This document shows positions 12,142-26,286 of a stretch of DNA of 64,000 nucleotides, in pieces. This stretch comes from the human T2T-CHM13v2.0 reference genome, Homo sapiens. The stretch is taken from NCBI RefSeq assembly GCF_009914755.1, contig NC_060948.1; one strand, given 5' to 3'. The notes under the pieces were generated by a model, which was not told the origin of the DNA, did no database searches, and saw only the letters and a program-made list of their open reading frames with translations. Both the position numbers and the translations under genes were made by a program. The stretch's first letter is position 1. Every line of letters begins with the position of its first letter.

Positions 12142-15100
12142 CCTGGAATAAAGTGGAATGCTACGGTCTCGAATGGAATAAAAATGTATGGAATGGAATG
12201 CAATGAAACGGAATCGAATGTCATAGAATGTAATGGAATGCAAAAAAATGGAATCCAAAATCATTGACTGGAAAGGCTGGGTGTCGAAAGGAATTGACTC
12301 CAATGGAATGGAATCGAATGGAATGGAAGTGAATAGAATCGAACTAAATCGAATGGAATGGAATTGATAGGAACGGAATGGAAAGGAATGCAATGATTTG
12401 GCATGGAATGGAATCGAATGGCATCGAATGGAATGGAATGGAATGCAATGGAATGGAATGTATTAGAATGTAATGAACTTTAATGGAATGTACTCGAATG
12501 GATTCGACTGGAATGGAATGTTCTGGAAGTGAATGGACTCCAATGGAATGGATTCGAAAGGAATGGAATCGAACGGAGTGGAATCTAATGGAATGGAATT
12601 AAATGGAAATGAATCAAATTGAATAGCACGGAACTGAATTGAATGGAATCGAATGCAATGGAATCTAATGAAACGGAAAGGAAAGGAATGGAATGGAATG
12701 GAATGGGCTGGAATGGAATGGAATCGAAACAAATGGAATGGAATCGAACTGAAGAGACTGGAATGGAATGCACTGGAATGGAAGGGAGTGTAATGGAAGG
12801 TTCTCGAAAAAAATGGAATCGAATGGAATGGAATTGAATGGAACGGAATAGAGTCGAATGGAATTGAATGGAATGGAATGGACTAGAGTGAAATGGAATC
12901 GAACCACAAGGAATGGACAGGAATAGAATGGTCTCGAATTGAATGGAATCGTATGGAATGGCATCAAACGGAATGGAATGGACAGCCACGGAATGGAATG
13001 CACTCGAATGCAATGGAGTCGAAACTAATGGACTGGAATAGAATGGACTCGACTGGTACGGACTCCAATGGAATGGAATCGAATGGAAGGGAATCGAACG
13101 GAATGGACTCGAAGGGAAAAGACTGCAATGGAAAGGTCTCGAATGGAATGGAAATTAATGGAATGGAATGGAATCGAATGAAATGGAGTCAAAAGGAATG
13201 GAATCGAATGGCAAGAAATCGAATGTAATGGAATCGCAAGGAATTGATGTGAACGGAACGGAATGGAATGGAATCCAAAGGAATGGAATAGAATGGAATG
13301 GAATCGAATGGAAAGGACTCGAATGGAAATCACTCGAATAGAATACAATTTAATAAAATAGGATCAAATGTAATGGAATGGAATGGAAAGGAATCGAAAC
13401 GAAAGGAATGGAGACAGATGGAATGGAATGGAACAGAGAGCAATGGTATAGAATGGAATGGAATCATCTGGAATGGAATTGAATGGAATGGAATAACATG
13501 AAATGGAATGGAATGGAATGGAATGCCTTTGAATTAAATGGACTGGAATGGAATGGTCTCGAACAGAGTGGAATGGAAAGTGTTGGAATAGAATGGAATG
13601 GACTCGTTTGGAATGGTGTAGTATGCAATGCAATCGACTGGCAGGGAATCAAAAGGAATGTAATCAAATGGATTGGACTGGAATGCAATGGACTCGAATA
13701 GATTGGAAACGGAAAGCAAAGGAATGGAATGGAATAGTATGGAATGGAATGGAAAGGAATGGAGTGGAATAGACTAGAGTGGAATGGAATGGACTGGAAA
13801 GCAATGGACTGGAATGGAACTTTCTTGAATGGACTGGAATCAAACGGAATGGAATGCAATGCAATCAAATGGCATGGAATAAAATAGAATGAAAGAGAAT
13901 CAAAGGGAATTGAATCGAATGGAATCGAATGGATTGGAAAGGAATAGAATGGAATGGAATGGAATTGACTCAAATGGAATGGACTAGAATGGAATGGATT
14001 CGAATGGAAGGCAAAGGAATGGAATCTATTGGAATGGACTGTAATGGAATGGAATGGAAGGGATTGGAATGGACTCGAATGGAATGGACTGCAATAGAAA
14101 GGATTCGAATGGAATGAAAAAGAATTGAATGGAATAGAACAGAATGGAATCAAATCGAATGAAATGGAATGGAATAGAAAGGAATGGAATGAAATGGAAT
14201 GGAAAGGATTCGAATGGAATGCAATCGAATGGAATGGAATCGAACGGAATGGAATAAAATGGAAGAAAACTGGCAAGAAATGGAATCGAAATGAATGGAG
14301 TGTTATGGATCGGACTCAAAAGGAATTGAATGTAATAGAATGGAGTGGAGTGGACTCGAATATAATGGACTGGAATGGAATGAAATCACATGGAATGGGA
14401 ACGAATGGAATGGAATGGAAAGGAATGGAATCGAATGGAAAGGAATCGAATGGAAGGGAATGAAATTGAATCAACAGGAATGGAAGGGAATAGAATAGAC
14501 GGTAATGGAATGGACTCGAATACAATGGACACGAATGCTCAAATTGAATGGACTCGAATGGAATGGAAACGAAAGGAATGTCATTGAATGGAATTGAATC
14601 GGTTGGAATGAAATCGCATAGAATGGAGTGGAATCAAATGGAATTGAATCGAAAGGAAAGGAAGCGAATGGACTGAAATGAAATGGAATGGAATTGAATG
14701 GAAAGTAATGCAATGGAATAGAATGGAACGAAATTTCACGGAATGGAATCAAACTGAATGGAATCAAATCAATGGAATATAATCAAATGGAATGGAAAGG
14801 AATTGAATGGAGTAGATTGGGTTGGATGGGATTGGAATGAAATGGAATGGAAAGGACTCGAATTTCATGAAACGGAATGGAATGAATTGGAACGGAATGG
14901 ACTCGAATGGAATGGAATGACATGGAATGGCAAGAAATGGAATGGCATCAAAGGGAATGGAATCGAATGCAATGGAATGCTATGGAATGGAATGGAATGC
15001 ATTGGAATGGAATGTCCTCTAATGGAATGGATTCGAGTGGAATGGAATCTAATATAATGGAGTCGAATGAAATGGAATTGAAAGGAATGGGATCGAATAC

Positions 15101-15695
15101 AATGGAATATACTGGAATGTAATGTAAAGAACTCGAATGTAATTGAATGGAAAGGAATGTACATGAATGGAATGTAATCGAATGGAAAGTAATCCAATGG
15201 AATAGTATCTAATGTAATAAAATCGACTCAGATAGAGTAGAATGTAATGGAATGGAGTGTAGTGCAATGGAATGGAATGGAATGGAATGCAATGGAATGG
15301 AAAGGAATGGAATGGAATGGAATGGAATGGGATGGAATGGTATGGAATGGATAGTAATGGACTGGAGTGAAATGGACTGGAAAGGAATGGACTCAAATTG
15401 AAAGGTCTCGAAAGGAATGGAGTCAAAAGGAATGGTCTGGAATGGAATGAACACGAATGTAATGCAATCCAATAGAATGGAGTCGAATGGCATGGAATAT
15501 AAAGAAATGGAATCGAAGAGAATGGAAACAAATGGAATGGAATTGAATGGAATGGAATTGAATGGAATGGGAAGGAATGGAGTGAAATTGTATGCAGTAG
15601 AAGAGAATAGAATGGAATGCAAGCGAAAGGAAAGGAATAGATTGGAATGGAATGGAATTCATTGGAATGGAAGGGAATGTAGTGTAATGGACAGG
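12142..15695 (-). repeat. DYZ1: DYZ1 monomer, 3554 bp
   Basis: GGCC at 12140 and 15694. Confidence 0.9.
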
Positions 15696-18600
15696 CCTGG
15701 AATAAAGTGGAATGCTACGGTCTCGAATGGAATAAAAATGTATGGAATGGAATGCAATGAAACGGAATCGAATGTCATAGAATGTAATGGAATGCAAAAA
15801 AATGGAATCCAAAATCATTGACTGGAAAGGCTGGGTGTCGAAAGGAATTGACTCCAATGGAATGGAATCGAATGGAATGGAAGTGAATAGAATCGAACTA
15901 AATCGAATGGAATGGAATTGATAGGAACGGAATGGAAAGGAATGCAATGATTTGGCATGGAATGGAATCGAATGGCATCGAATGGAATGGAATGGAATGC
16001 AATGGAATGGAATGTATTAGAATGTAATGAACTTTAATGGAATGTACTCGAATGGATTCGACTGGAATGGAATGTTCTGGAAGTGAATGGACTCCAATGG
16101 AATGGATTCAAAAGGAATGGAATCGTACGGAATGGAATCTAATGGAATGGAATTAAATGGAAATGAATCAAATTGAATAGCACGGAATTGAATTGAATGG
16201 TATCGAATGCAATGGAATCTAATGAAACGGAAAGGAAAGGAATGGAATGGAATGGAATGGGCTGGAATGGAAAGGAATCGAAACGAATGGAATGGAATCG
16301 AACTGAAGAGACTGGAATGGAATGCACTGGAATGGAAGGGAGTGTAATGGAAGGTTCTCGAAAAAAATGGAATCGAATGGAATGGAATTGAATGGAACGG
16401 AATAGAGTCGAATGGAATTGAATGGAATGGAATGGACTAGAGTGAAATGGAATCGAACCACAAGGAATGGACAGGAATAGAATGGTCTCGAATTGAATGG
16501 AATCGTATGGAATGGCATCAAACGGAATGGAATGGACAGCCACGGAATGGAATGCACTCGAATGCAATGGAGTCGAAACTAATGGACTGGAATAGAATGG
16601 ACTCGACTGGTACGGACTCCAATGGAATGGAATCGAATGGAAGGGAATCGAACGGAAGGGAATCGAACGGAATGGACTCGAAGGGAAAAGACTGCAATGG
16701 AAAGGTCTCGAATGGAATGGAAATTAATGGAATGGAATGGAATCGAATGAAATGGAGTCAAAAGGAATGGAATCGAATGGCAAGAAATCGAATGTAATGG
16801 AATCGCAAGGAATTGATGTGAACGGAACGGAATGGAATGGAATCCAAAGGAATGGAATAGAATGGAATGGAATCGAATGGAAAGGACTCGAATGGAAATC
16901 ACTCGAATAGAATGCAATTTAATAAAATAGGATCAAATGTAATGGAATGGAATGGAAAGGAATCGAAACGAAAGGAATGGAGACAGATGGAATGGAATGG
17001 AACAGAGAGCAATGGTATAGAATGGAATGGAATCATCTGGAATGGAATTGAATGGAATGGAATAATATGAAATGGAATGGAATGGAATGGAATGTCCTTG
17101 AATTAAATGGACTGGAATGGAATGGACTCGAACAGAGTGGAATGGAAAGTGTTGAAATAGAATGGAATGGACTCGTTTGGAATGGTGTAGTATGCAATGC
17201 AATCGACTGGCAGGGAATCAAAAGGAATGTAATCGAATGGATTGGACTGGAATGCAATGGACTCGAATAGATTGGAAACGGAATGCAAAGGAATGGAATG
17301 GAATAGTATGGAATGGAATGGAAAGGAATGGAGTGGAATAGACTAGAGTGGAATGGAATGGACTCGAAAGCAATGGACTGGAATGGAACTTTCTTGAATG
17401 GACTGGAATCAAACGGAATGGAATGCAATGCAATCAAATGGCATGGAATAAAATAGAATGAAAGAGAATCAAACGGAATTGAATCGAATGGAATCGAATG
17501 GATTGTAAAGGAATAGAATGGAATGGAATGGAATTGACTCAAATGGAATGGACTAGAATGGAATGGATTCGAATGGAAGGCAAAGGAATGGAATCTATTG
17601 GAATGGACTGTAATGGAATGGAATGGAAGGGATTGGAATGGACTCGAATGGAATGGACTGCAATAGAAAGGATTCGAATGGAATGAAAAAGAATTGAATG
17701 GAATAGAACAGAATGGAATCAAACCTCATGAAATAGAATGGAATAGAAAGGAATGGAATGAAATCGAATGGAAAGGATTCGAATGGAATGCAATCGAATG
17801 GAATGCAATCGAATGGAATGGAATCGAACGGAATGGAATAAAATGGAAGAAAACTGGCAAGAAATGGAATCGAAATGAATGGAGTGTTAAGGAACGGACT
17901 CAAAAGGAATTGAATGTAATAGAATGGAGTGAAGTAGACTCGAATATAATGGACTGGAATGGAATGAAATCACATGGAATGGGAACGAATGGAATGGAAT
18001 GGAAAGGAATGGAATCGAATGGAAAGGAATCGAATGGAAGGGAATGAAATTGAATCAACAGGAATGGAAGGGAATAGAATAGACGGTAATGGAATGGACT
18101 CGAATAGAATGGACACGAATGCTCAAATTGAATGGACTCGAATGGAATGGAAATGAAAGGAATGTCATCGAATGCAATTCAATCGATTGGAATGAAATCG
18201 CATAGGATGGAGTGGAATCAAATGGAATTGAATCGAAAGGAAAAGAAGCGAATTGACTGAAATGAAATGGAATGGAATTGAATGGAAAGTAATGCAACGG
18301 AATAGAATGGAATGAAATTTCACGGAATGGAATCAAACTGAATGGAATCAAATCAATGGAATATAATCAAATGGAATGGAAAGGAATTGAATGGAGTAGA
18401 TTGTATTGGATGGGATTGGAATGAAATGTACTGGAAAGGACTCGAATTTCATGAAACGGAATGGAATGTATTAGAACGGAATGGACTCGAATGGAATTGA
18501 ATGTCACGGAATGGCATCAAATGGAATGGCATCAATTGGAATGGAATCGAATGCAATGGAATGCTATGGAATGGAATGGAATGCATTGGAATGGAATGTC

Positions 18601-19234
18601 CTCTAATGGAATGGATTCGAGTGGAATGGAATCGAATATAATGGAGTCTAATGAAATGGAATTGAAAGGAATGGGATCCAATACAATGGAATATACTGGA
18701 ATGTAATGTAATGAACTCGAATGTAATTGACTGGAATGGAATGTACATGAGTGGAATGTAATCGAATGGAAAGTAATCCAATGGAATAGAATCTAATGCA
18801 ATAAAATCGACTCAAATAGAGTAGAATGTAATGGAATGGAGTGCAGTGCAATGGAATGGAATGGAATGGGATGGAATGGTATGGAATGGATAGTAATGGA
18901 CTGGAGTGAAATGGACTGGAAAATAATGGACTCAAATTGAAAGGGCTCGAAAGGAATGGAGTCAAATGGAATGGTCTGGAATGGAATGAACACGAATGTA
19001 ATGCAATCCAATAGAATGGAATCGAATGGCATGGAATATAAAGAAATGGAATCGAAGAGAATGGAAACAAATGGAATGGAATTGAATGGAATGGAATTGA
19101 ATGGAATGGGAACGAATGGAGTGAAATTGTATGCAGTAGAAGAGAATAGAATGGAATGCAAGCGAAAGGAAAGGAATGGATTGGAATGGAATGGAATTCA
19201 TTGGAATGGAAGGGAATGTAGTGTAATGGACAGG
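15696..19234 (-). repeat. DYZ1: DYZ1 monomer, 3539 bp
   Basis: GGCC at 15694 and 19233; near-copy of 5080-8618. Confidence 0.9.
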
Positions 19235-22200
19235 CCTGTAATAAAGTGGAATGCTACGGTCTCGAATGGAATAAAAATGTATGGAATGGAATGCAATGAA
19301 ACGGAATCGAATGTCATAGAAGTAATGGAATGCAAAAAAATGGACTCCAAAATCATTGACTGGAAAGGCTGGGTGTCGAAAGGAATTTACTCCAATGGAA
19401 TGGAATCGAATGGAATGGAAGTGAATAGAATCGAACTAAATCGAATGGAATGGAATTGATAGGAACGGAATGGAAAGGAATGCAATGATTTCGCATGGAA
19501 TGGAATCGAATGGCATCGAATGGAATGGAATGGAATGCAATGGAATGGAATGTATTAAAATGTAATGAACTTTAATGGAATGTACTCGAATGGATTCGAC
19601 TGGAATGGAATGTTCTCGAAGTGAATGGACTCCAATGGAATGGATTCGAAAGGAATGGAATCTAATGGAATGGAATTAAATGGAAATGAATCAAATTGAA
19701 TAGAACGGAATTGAATTGAATGGAATCGAATGCAATGGAATCTAATGAAACGGAAAGGAAAGGAATGGAATGGAATGGAATGGAATGGGCTGGAATGGAA
19801 TGGAATCGAAACGAATGGAATGGAATCGAACTGAAGAGACTGGAATGGAATACACTGGAATGGAAGGGAATGTAATGGAAGGTTCTCGAAAAAAATGTAA
19901 TTGAAAGGAATGGAATTGAGTGGAACGGAATAGAGTCGAATGGAATTCAATGGAATGGAATGGACTAGAGTGAAATGGAATCGAACCACAAGGAATGGAC
20001 AGGAATAGAATGGTCTCGAATTGAATGGAATCGTATGGAATGGCATCAAACGGAATGGAATGGACAGCCACGGAATGGAATGCACTCGAATGCAATGGAG
20101 TCGAAACTAATGGACTGGAATAGAATGGACTCGACTGGTACGGACTCCAATGGAATGGAATCGAATGGAAGGGAATCGAACGGAATGGACTCGAAGGGAA
20201 AAGACTGCAATGGAAAGGTCTCGAATGGAATGGAAATTAATGGAATGGAATGGAATCGAATGAAATGGAGTCAAAAGGAATGGAATCGAATGGCAAGAAA
20301 TCGAATGTAATGGAATCGCAAGGAATTGATGTGAACGGAACGGAATGGAATGGAATCCAAAGGAATGGAATAGAATGGAATGGAATCGAATGGAAAGGAC
20401 TCGAATGGAAATCACTCGAATAGAATGCAATTTAATAAAATAGGATCAAATGTAATGGAATGGAATGGAAAGGAATCGAAACGAAAGGAATGGAGACAGA
20501 TGGAATGGAATGGAACAGAGAGCAATGGTATAGAATGGAATGGAATCATCTGGAATGGAATTGAATGGAATGGAATAACATGAAATGGACTGGAATGGAA
20601 TGGAATGCCCTTGAATTAAATGGACTGGAATGGAATGGACTCGAACAGAGTGGAATGGAAAGTGTTGAAATAGAATGGAATGGACTCGTTTGGAATGGTC
20701 TAGTATGCAATGCAATCGACTGGCAGGGAATCAAAAGGAATGTAATCGAATGGATTGGACTGGAATGCAATGGACTTGAATAGATTGGAAACGGAATGCA
20801 AAGGAATGGAATGGAATAGTATGGAATGGAATGGAAAGGAATGGAGTGGAATAGACTAGAGTGGAATGGAATGGACTCGAAAGCAATGGACTGGAATGGA
20901 ACTTTCTTGAATGGACTGGAATCAAACGGAATGGAATGCAATGCAATCAAATGGCATGGAATAAAATAGAATGAAAGAGAATCAAATGGAATTGAATCGA
21001 ATGGAATCGAATGGATTGGAAAGGAATAGAATGGAATGGAATGGAATTGACTCAAATGGAATGGACTAGAATGGAATGGATTCGAATGGAAGGCAAAGGA
21101 ATGGAATCTATTGGAAAGGACTGTAATGGAATGGCATGGAAGGGATTGGAATGGACTCGAATGGAATGGACTGCAATGGAAAGGATTCGAATGGAATGAA
21201 AAAGAATTGAATGGAATAGAACAGAATGGAATCAAATCGAATGAAATGGAATGGAATAGAAAGGAATGGAATGAAATGGAATGGAAAGGATTCGAATGGA
21301 ATGCAATCGAATGGAATGGAATCGAACGGAATGGAATAAAATGGAAGAAAACTGGCAAGAAATGGAATCGAAATGAATGGAGTGTTATGGAACGGACTCA
21401 AAAGGAATTGAATGTAATAGAATGGAGTGGAGTGGACTCCAATATAATAGACTGGAATGGAATGAAATCACATGGAATGGGAACGAATGGAATGGAATGG
21501 AAAGGAATGGAATCGAATGGAAAGGAATCGAATGGAAGGGAATGAAATTGAATCAACAGGAATGGAAAGGAGTAGAATAGACGGTAATGGAATGGGCTCG
21601 AATAGAATGGACACGAATGCTCAAATTAAATGGACTCGAATGGAATGGAAACGAAAGGAATGTCATCGAATGGAATTGAATCGATTGGAATGAAATCACA
21701 TAGAATGGAGTGGAATCAAATGGAATTGAATCGAAAGGAAAGGAAGCGAATGGACTGAAATGAAATGGAATGGAATTGAATGGAAATTAATGCAATGGAA
21801 TAGAATGGAAAGAAATTTCACGGAATGGAATCAAACTGAATGGAATCAAATCAATGGAATGTAATCAAATGGAATGGAAAGGAATTGAATGGAGTAGATT
21901 GGATTGGATAGGATTGGAATGAAATGTACTGGAAAGGACTCGAATTTCATGAAACAGAATGGAATGAATTAGAACGGAATGGACTCGAATGGAATGGAAT
22001 ATCACGGAATGGCATCAAATGGAATGGCATCAATTGGAATGGAATCGAATGCAATGGAATGCTATGGAATGGAATGGAATGCATTGGAATGGAATGTCCT
22101 CTAATGGAATGGATTCGAGTGGAATGGAATCGAATATAATGGAGTCTAATGAAATGGAATTGAAAGGAATGGGATCCAATACAATGGAATATACTGGAAT

Positions 22201-22772
22201 GTAATGTAATGAACTCGAATGTAATTGACTGGAATGGAATGTACATGAATGGAATGTAATCGAATGGAAAGTAATCCAATGGAATAGAATCTAATGCAAT
22301 AAAATCGACTCAAGTAGAGTAGAATATAATGGAATGGAGTGCAGTGCAATGGAATGGAATGGAATGGAATGCAATGGAATGGAATGGAATGGAATGGAAT
22401 GGAATGGGATGGAATGGTATGGAATGGATACTAATGGACTGGAGTGAAATGGACTGGAAAGGAATGGACTCAAATTGAAAGGGCTCGAAAGGAATGGAGT
22501 CAAATGGAATGGTCTGGAATGGAATGAACACGAATGTAATGCAATCCAATAGAATGGAATCGAATGGCATGGAATATAAAGAAATGGAATCGAAGAGAAT
22601 GGAAACAAATGGAATGGAATTGAATGGAATGGAATTGAATGGAATGGGAACGAATGGAGTGAAATTGTATGCAGTAGAAGAGAATAGAATGGAATGCAAG
22701 CGAAAGGAAAGGAATGGATTGGAATGGAATGGAATTCATTGGAATGGAAGGGAATGTAGTGTAATGGACAGG
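19235..22772 (-). repeat. DYZ1: DYZ1 monomer, 3538 bp
   Basis: GGCC at 19233 and 22771; 1-bp deletion near 19322. Confidence 0.9.
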
Positions 22773-25700
22773 CCTGGAATAAAGTGGAATGCTACGGTCT
22801 CGAATGGAATAAAAATGTATGGAATGGAATGCAATGAAACGGAATCGAATGTCATAGAATGTAATGGAATGCAAAAAAATGGAATCCAAAATCATTGACT
22901 GGAAAGGCTGGGTGTCGAAAGGAATTGACTCCAATGGAATGGAATCGAATGGCATGGAAGTGAATAGAATGGAACTAAATCGAATGGAATGGAATTGATA
23001 GGAACGGAATGGAAAGGAATGCAATGATTTGGCATGGAATGGAATCGAATGGCATCGAATGGAATGGAATGGAATGCAATGGAATGGAATGTATTAGAAT
23101 GTAATGAACTTTAATGGAATGTACTCGAATGGATTCGACTGGAATGGAATGTTCTCGAAGTGAATGGTCTCCAATGGAATGGATTCGAAAGGAATGGAAT
23201 CTAATGGAATGGAATTAAATGGAAATGAATCAAATTGAATAGAACGGAATTGAATTGAATGGAATCGAATGCAATGGAATCTAATGAAAAGGAAAGGAAA
23301 GGAATGGAATGGATTGGATTGGAATGGGCTGGAATGGAATGGAATCGAAACGAATGGAATGGAATCGAACTGAAGAGACTGGAATGGAATGCACTGGAAT
23401 GGAAGGGAATGTAATGGAAGGTTCTCAAGAAAAATGGAATCGAAAGGAATGGAATTGAATGGAACGGAATAGAGTCGAATGGAATTGAATGGAATGGAAT
23501 GGACTAGAGTGAAATGGAATCGAACCACAAGGAATGGACAGGAATAGAATGGTCTCGAATTGAATGGAATCGTATGGAATGGCATCAAACGGAATGGAAT
23601 GGACAGCCACGGAATGGAATGCACTCGAATGCAATGGAGTCGACACTAACGGAGTGGAATAGAATGGACTCGACTGGTACGGACTCCAATGGAATGGAAT
23701 CGAATGGAAGGGTATCGAACGGAATGGACTCGAAGGGAAAAGACTGCAATGGAAAGGTCTCGAATGGAATGGAAATTAATGGAATGGAATGGAATCGAAT
23801 GAAATGGAGTCAAAAGGAATGGAATCGAATGGCAAGAAATCGAATGTAATGGAATCGCAAGGAATTGAAGTGAACGGAACGGAATGCAATGGAATCCAAA
23901 GGAATGGAATAGAATGGAATGGAATCGAATGGAAAGGACTCGAATGGAAATCACTCGAATAGAATGCAATTTAATAAAATAGGATCAAATGTAATGGAAT
24001 GGAATGGAAAGGAATCGAAACGAAAGGAATGGAGACAGATGGAATGGAATGGAACAGAGAGCAATGGTATAGAATGGAATGGAATCATCTGGAATGGAAT
24101 TGAATGGAATGGAATAATATGAAATGGAATGGAATGGAATGGAATGCCCTTGAATTAAATGGACTGGAATGGAATGGACTCGAACAGAGTGGAATGGAAA
24201 GTGTTGAAATAGAATGGAATGGACTCGTTTGGAATGGTCTAGTATGCAATGCAATCGACTGGCAGGGAATCAAAAGGAATGTAATCGAATGGATTGGACT
24301 GGAATGCAATGGACTCGAATAGATTGGAAACGGAAAGCAAAGGAATGGAATGGAATAGTATGGAATGGAATGGAAAGGAATGGAGTGGAATAGACTAGAG
24401 TGGAATGGAATGGACTGGAAAGCAATGGACTGGAATGGAACTTTCTTGAATGGACTGGAATCAAACGGAATGGAATGCAATGCAATCAAATGGCATGGAA
24501 TAAAATAGAATGAAAGAGAATCAAATGGAATTGAATCGAATTGAATCGAATGGATTGGAAAGGAATAGAATGGAATGGAACGGAATTGACTCAAATGGAA
24601 TGGACTAGAATGGAATGGATTCGAATGGAAGGCAAATGAATGGAATCTATTGGAATGGACTGTAATGGAATGGAATGGAAGGGATTGGAATGGACTCGAA
24701 TGGAATGGACTGCAATAGAAAGGATTCGAATGGAATGAAAAAGAATTGAATGGAATAGAACAGAATGGAATCAAATCGAATGAAATGGAATGGAAGAGAA
24801 AGGAATGGAATGAAATGGAATGGAAAGGATTCGAATGGAATGCAATCGAATGGAATGGAATCGAACGGAATGGAATAAAATGGAAGAAAACTGGCAGGAA
24901 ATGGAATCGAAATGAATGGAGTGTTATGGAACGGACTCAAAAGGAATTGAATGTAATAGAATGGAGTGGAGTGGACTCGAATATAATGGACTGGAATGGA
25001 ATGAAATCACATGGAATGGGAACGAATGGAATGGAATGGAAAGGAATGGAATCGAATGGAAAGGAATCGAATGGAAGGGAATGAAATTGAATCAACAGGA
25101 ATGGAAGGGAGTAGAATAGACGGTAATGGAATGGACTCGAATAGAATGGACACGAATGCTCAAATTGAATGGACTCGAATGGAATGGAAACGAAAGGAAT
25201 GTCATCGAATGGAATTGAATCGATTGGAATGAAATCGCATAGAATGGAGTGGAATCAAATGGAATTGAATCGAAAGGAAAGGAAGCGAATGGACTGAAAT
25301 GAAATGGAATGGAATTGAATGGAAAGTAATGCAATGGAATAGAATGGAACGAAATTTCACGGAATGGAATCAAACTGAATGGAATCAAATCAATGGAATA
25401 TAATCAAATGGAATGGAAAGGAATTGAATGGAGTAGATTGGATTGGATGGGATTGGAATGAAATGTACTGGAAAGGACTCGAAATTCATGAAACGGAATG
25501 GAATGAACTGGAACGGAATGGACTCGAATGGAATGCAATGTCATGGAATGGCATCAAATGGAATGGAATCGAATGCGATGGAATGCTATGGAATGGAATG
25601 GAATGCATTGGAATGGAATGTCCTCTAATGGAATGTATTCGAGTGGAATGGAATCGAATATAATGGAGTCTAATGAAATGGAATTGAAAGGAATGGGACC

Positions 25701-26286
25701 GAATACAATGGAATAAACTGGTATGTAATGTAATGAACTCGAATGTAATTGACTGGAATGGAATGTACATGAATGGAATGTAATCGAATGGAAAGCAATC
25801 CAATGGAATAGAATCTAATGCAATAAAATCGACTCAAATAGAGTAGAATGTAATGGAATGGAGTGCAGTTCAATGGAATGGAATGGAATGCAACGGAATG
25901 GAATGGAATGGAATGGAATGGGATGGAATGGTATGGAATGGATAGTAATGGACTGGAGTGAAATGGACTGGAAAAGAATGGACTCAAATTGAAAGGGCTC
26001 GAAAGGAATGGAGTCAAATGGAATGGTCTGGAATGGAATGAACACGAATGTAATGCAATCCAATAGAATGGAATCGAATGGCATGGAATATAAAGAAATG
26101 GAATCGAAGAGAATGGAAACAAATGGAATGGAATTGAATGGAATGGAATTGAATGGAATGGGAACGAATGGAGTGAAATTGTATGCAGTAGAAGAGAATA
26201 GAATGGAATGCAAGTGAAAGGAAAGGAATGGATTGGAATGGAATGGAATTCATTGGAATGGAAGGGAATGTAGTGTAATGGACAGG
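22773..26286 (-). repeat. DYZ1: DYZ1 monomer, 3514 bp
   Basis: GGCC at 22771 and 26285. Confidence 0.9.

Larger units (their letters stand above)
2500..21300. repeat. Higher-order duplication: about 2.5-10.7 kb repeated at about 13.1-21.3 kb (offset 10,616 bp, three monomers)
   Basis: Matching ORF-track entries at this offset (2682/13298, 8340/18956, 9949/20565) and shared rare variants (1-bp deletion 8706/19322, EcoRI 9327/19943, AAACCTCAT near 7105/17721). Boundaries are approximate. Confidence 0.8.
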
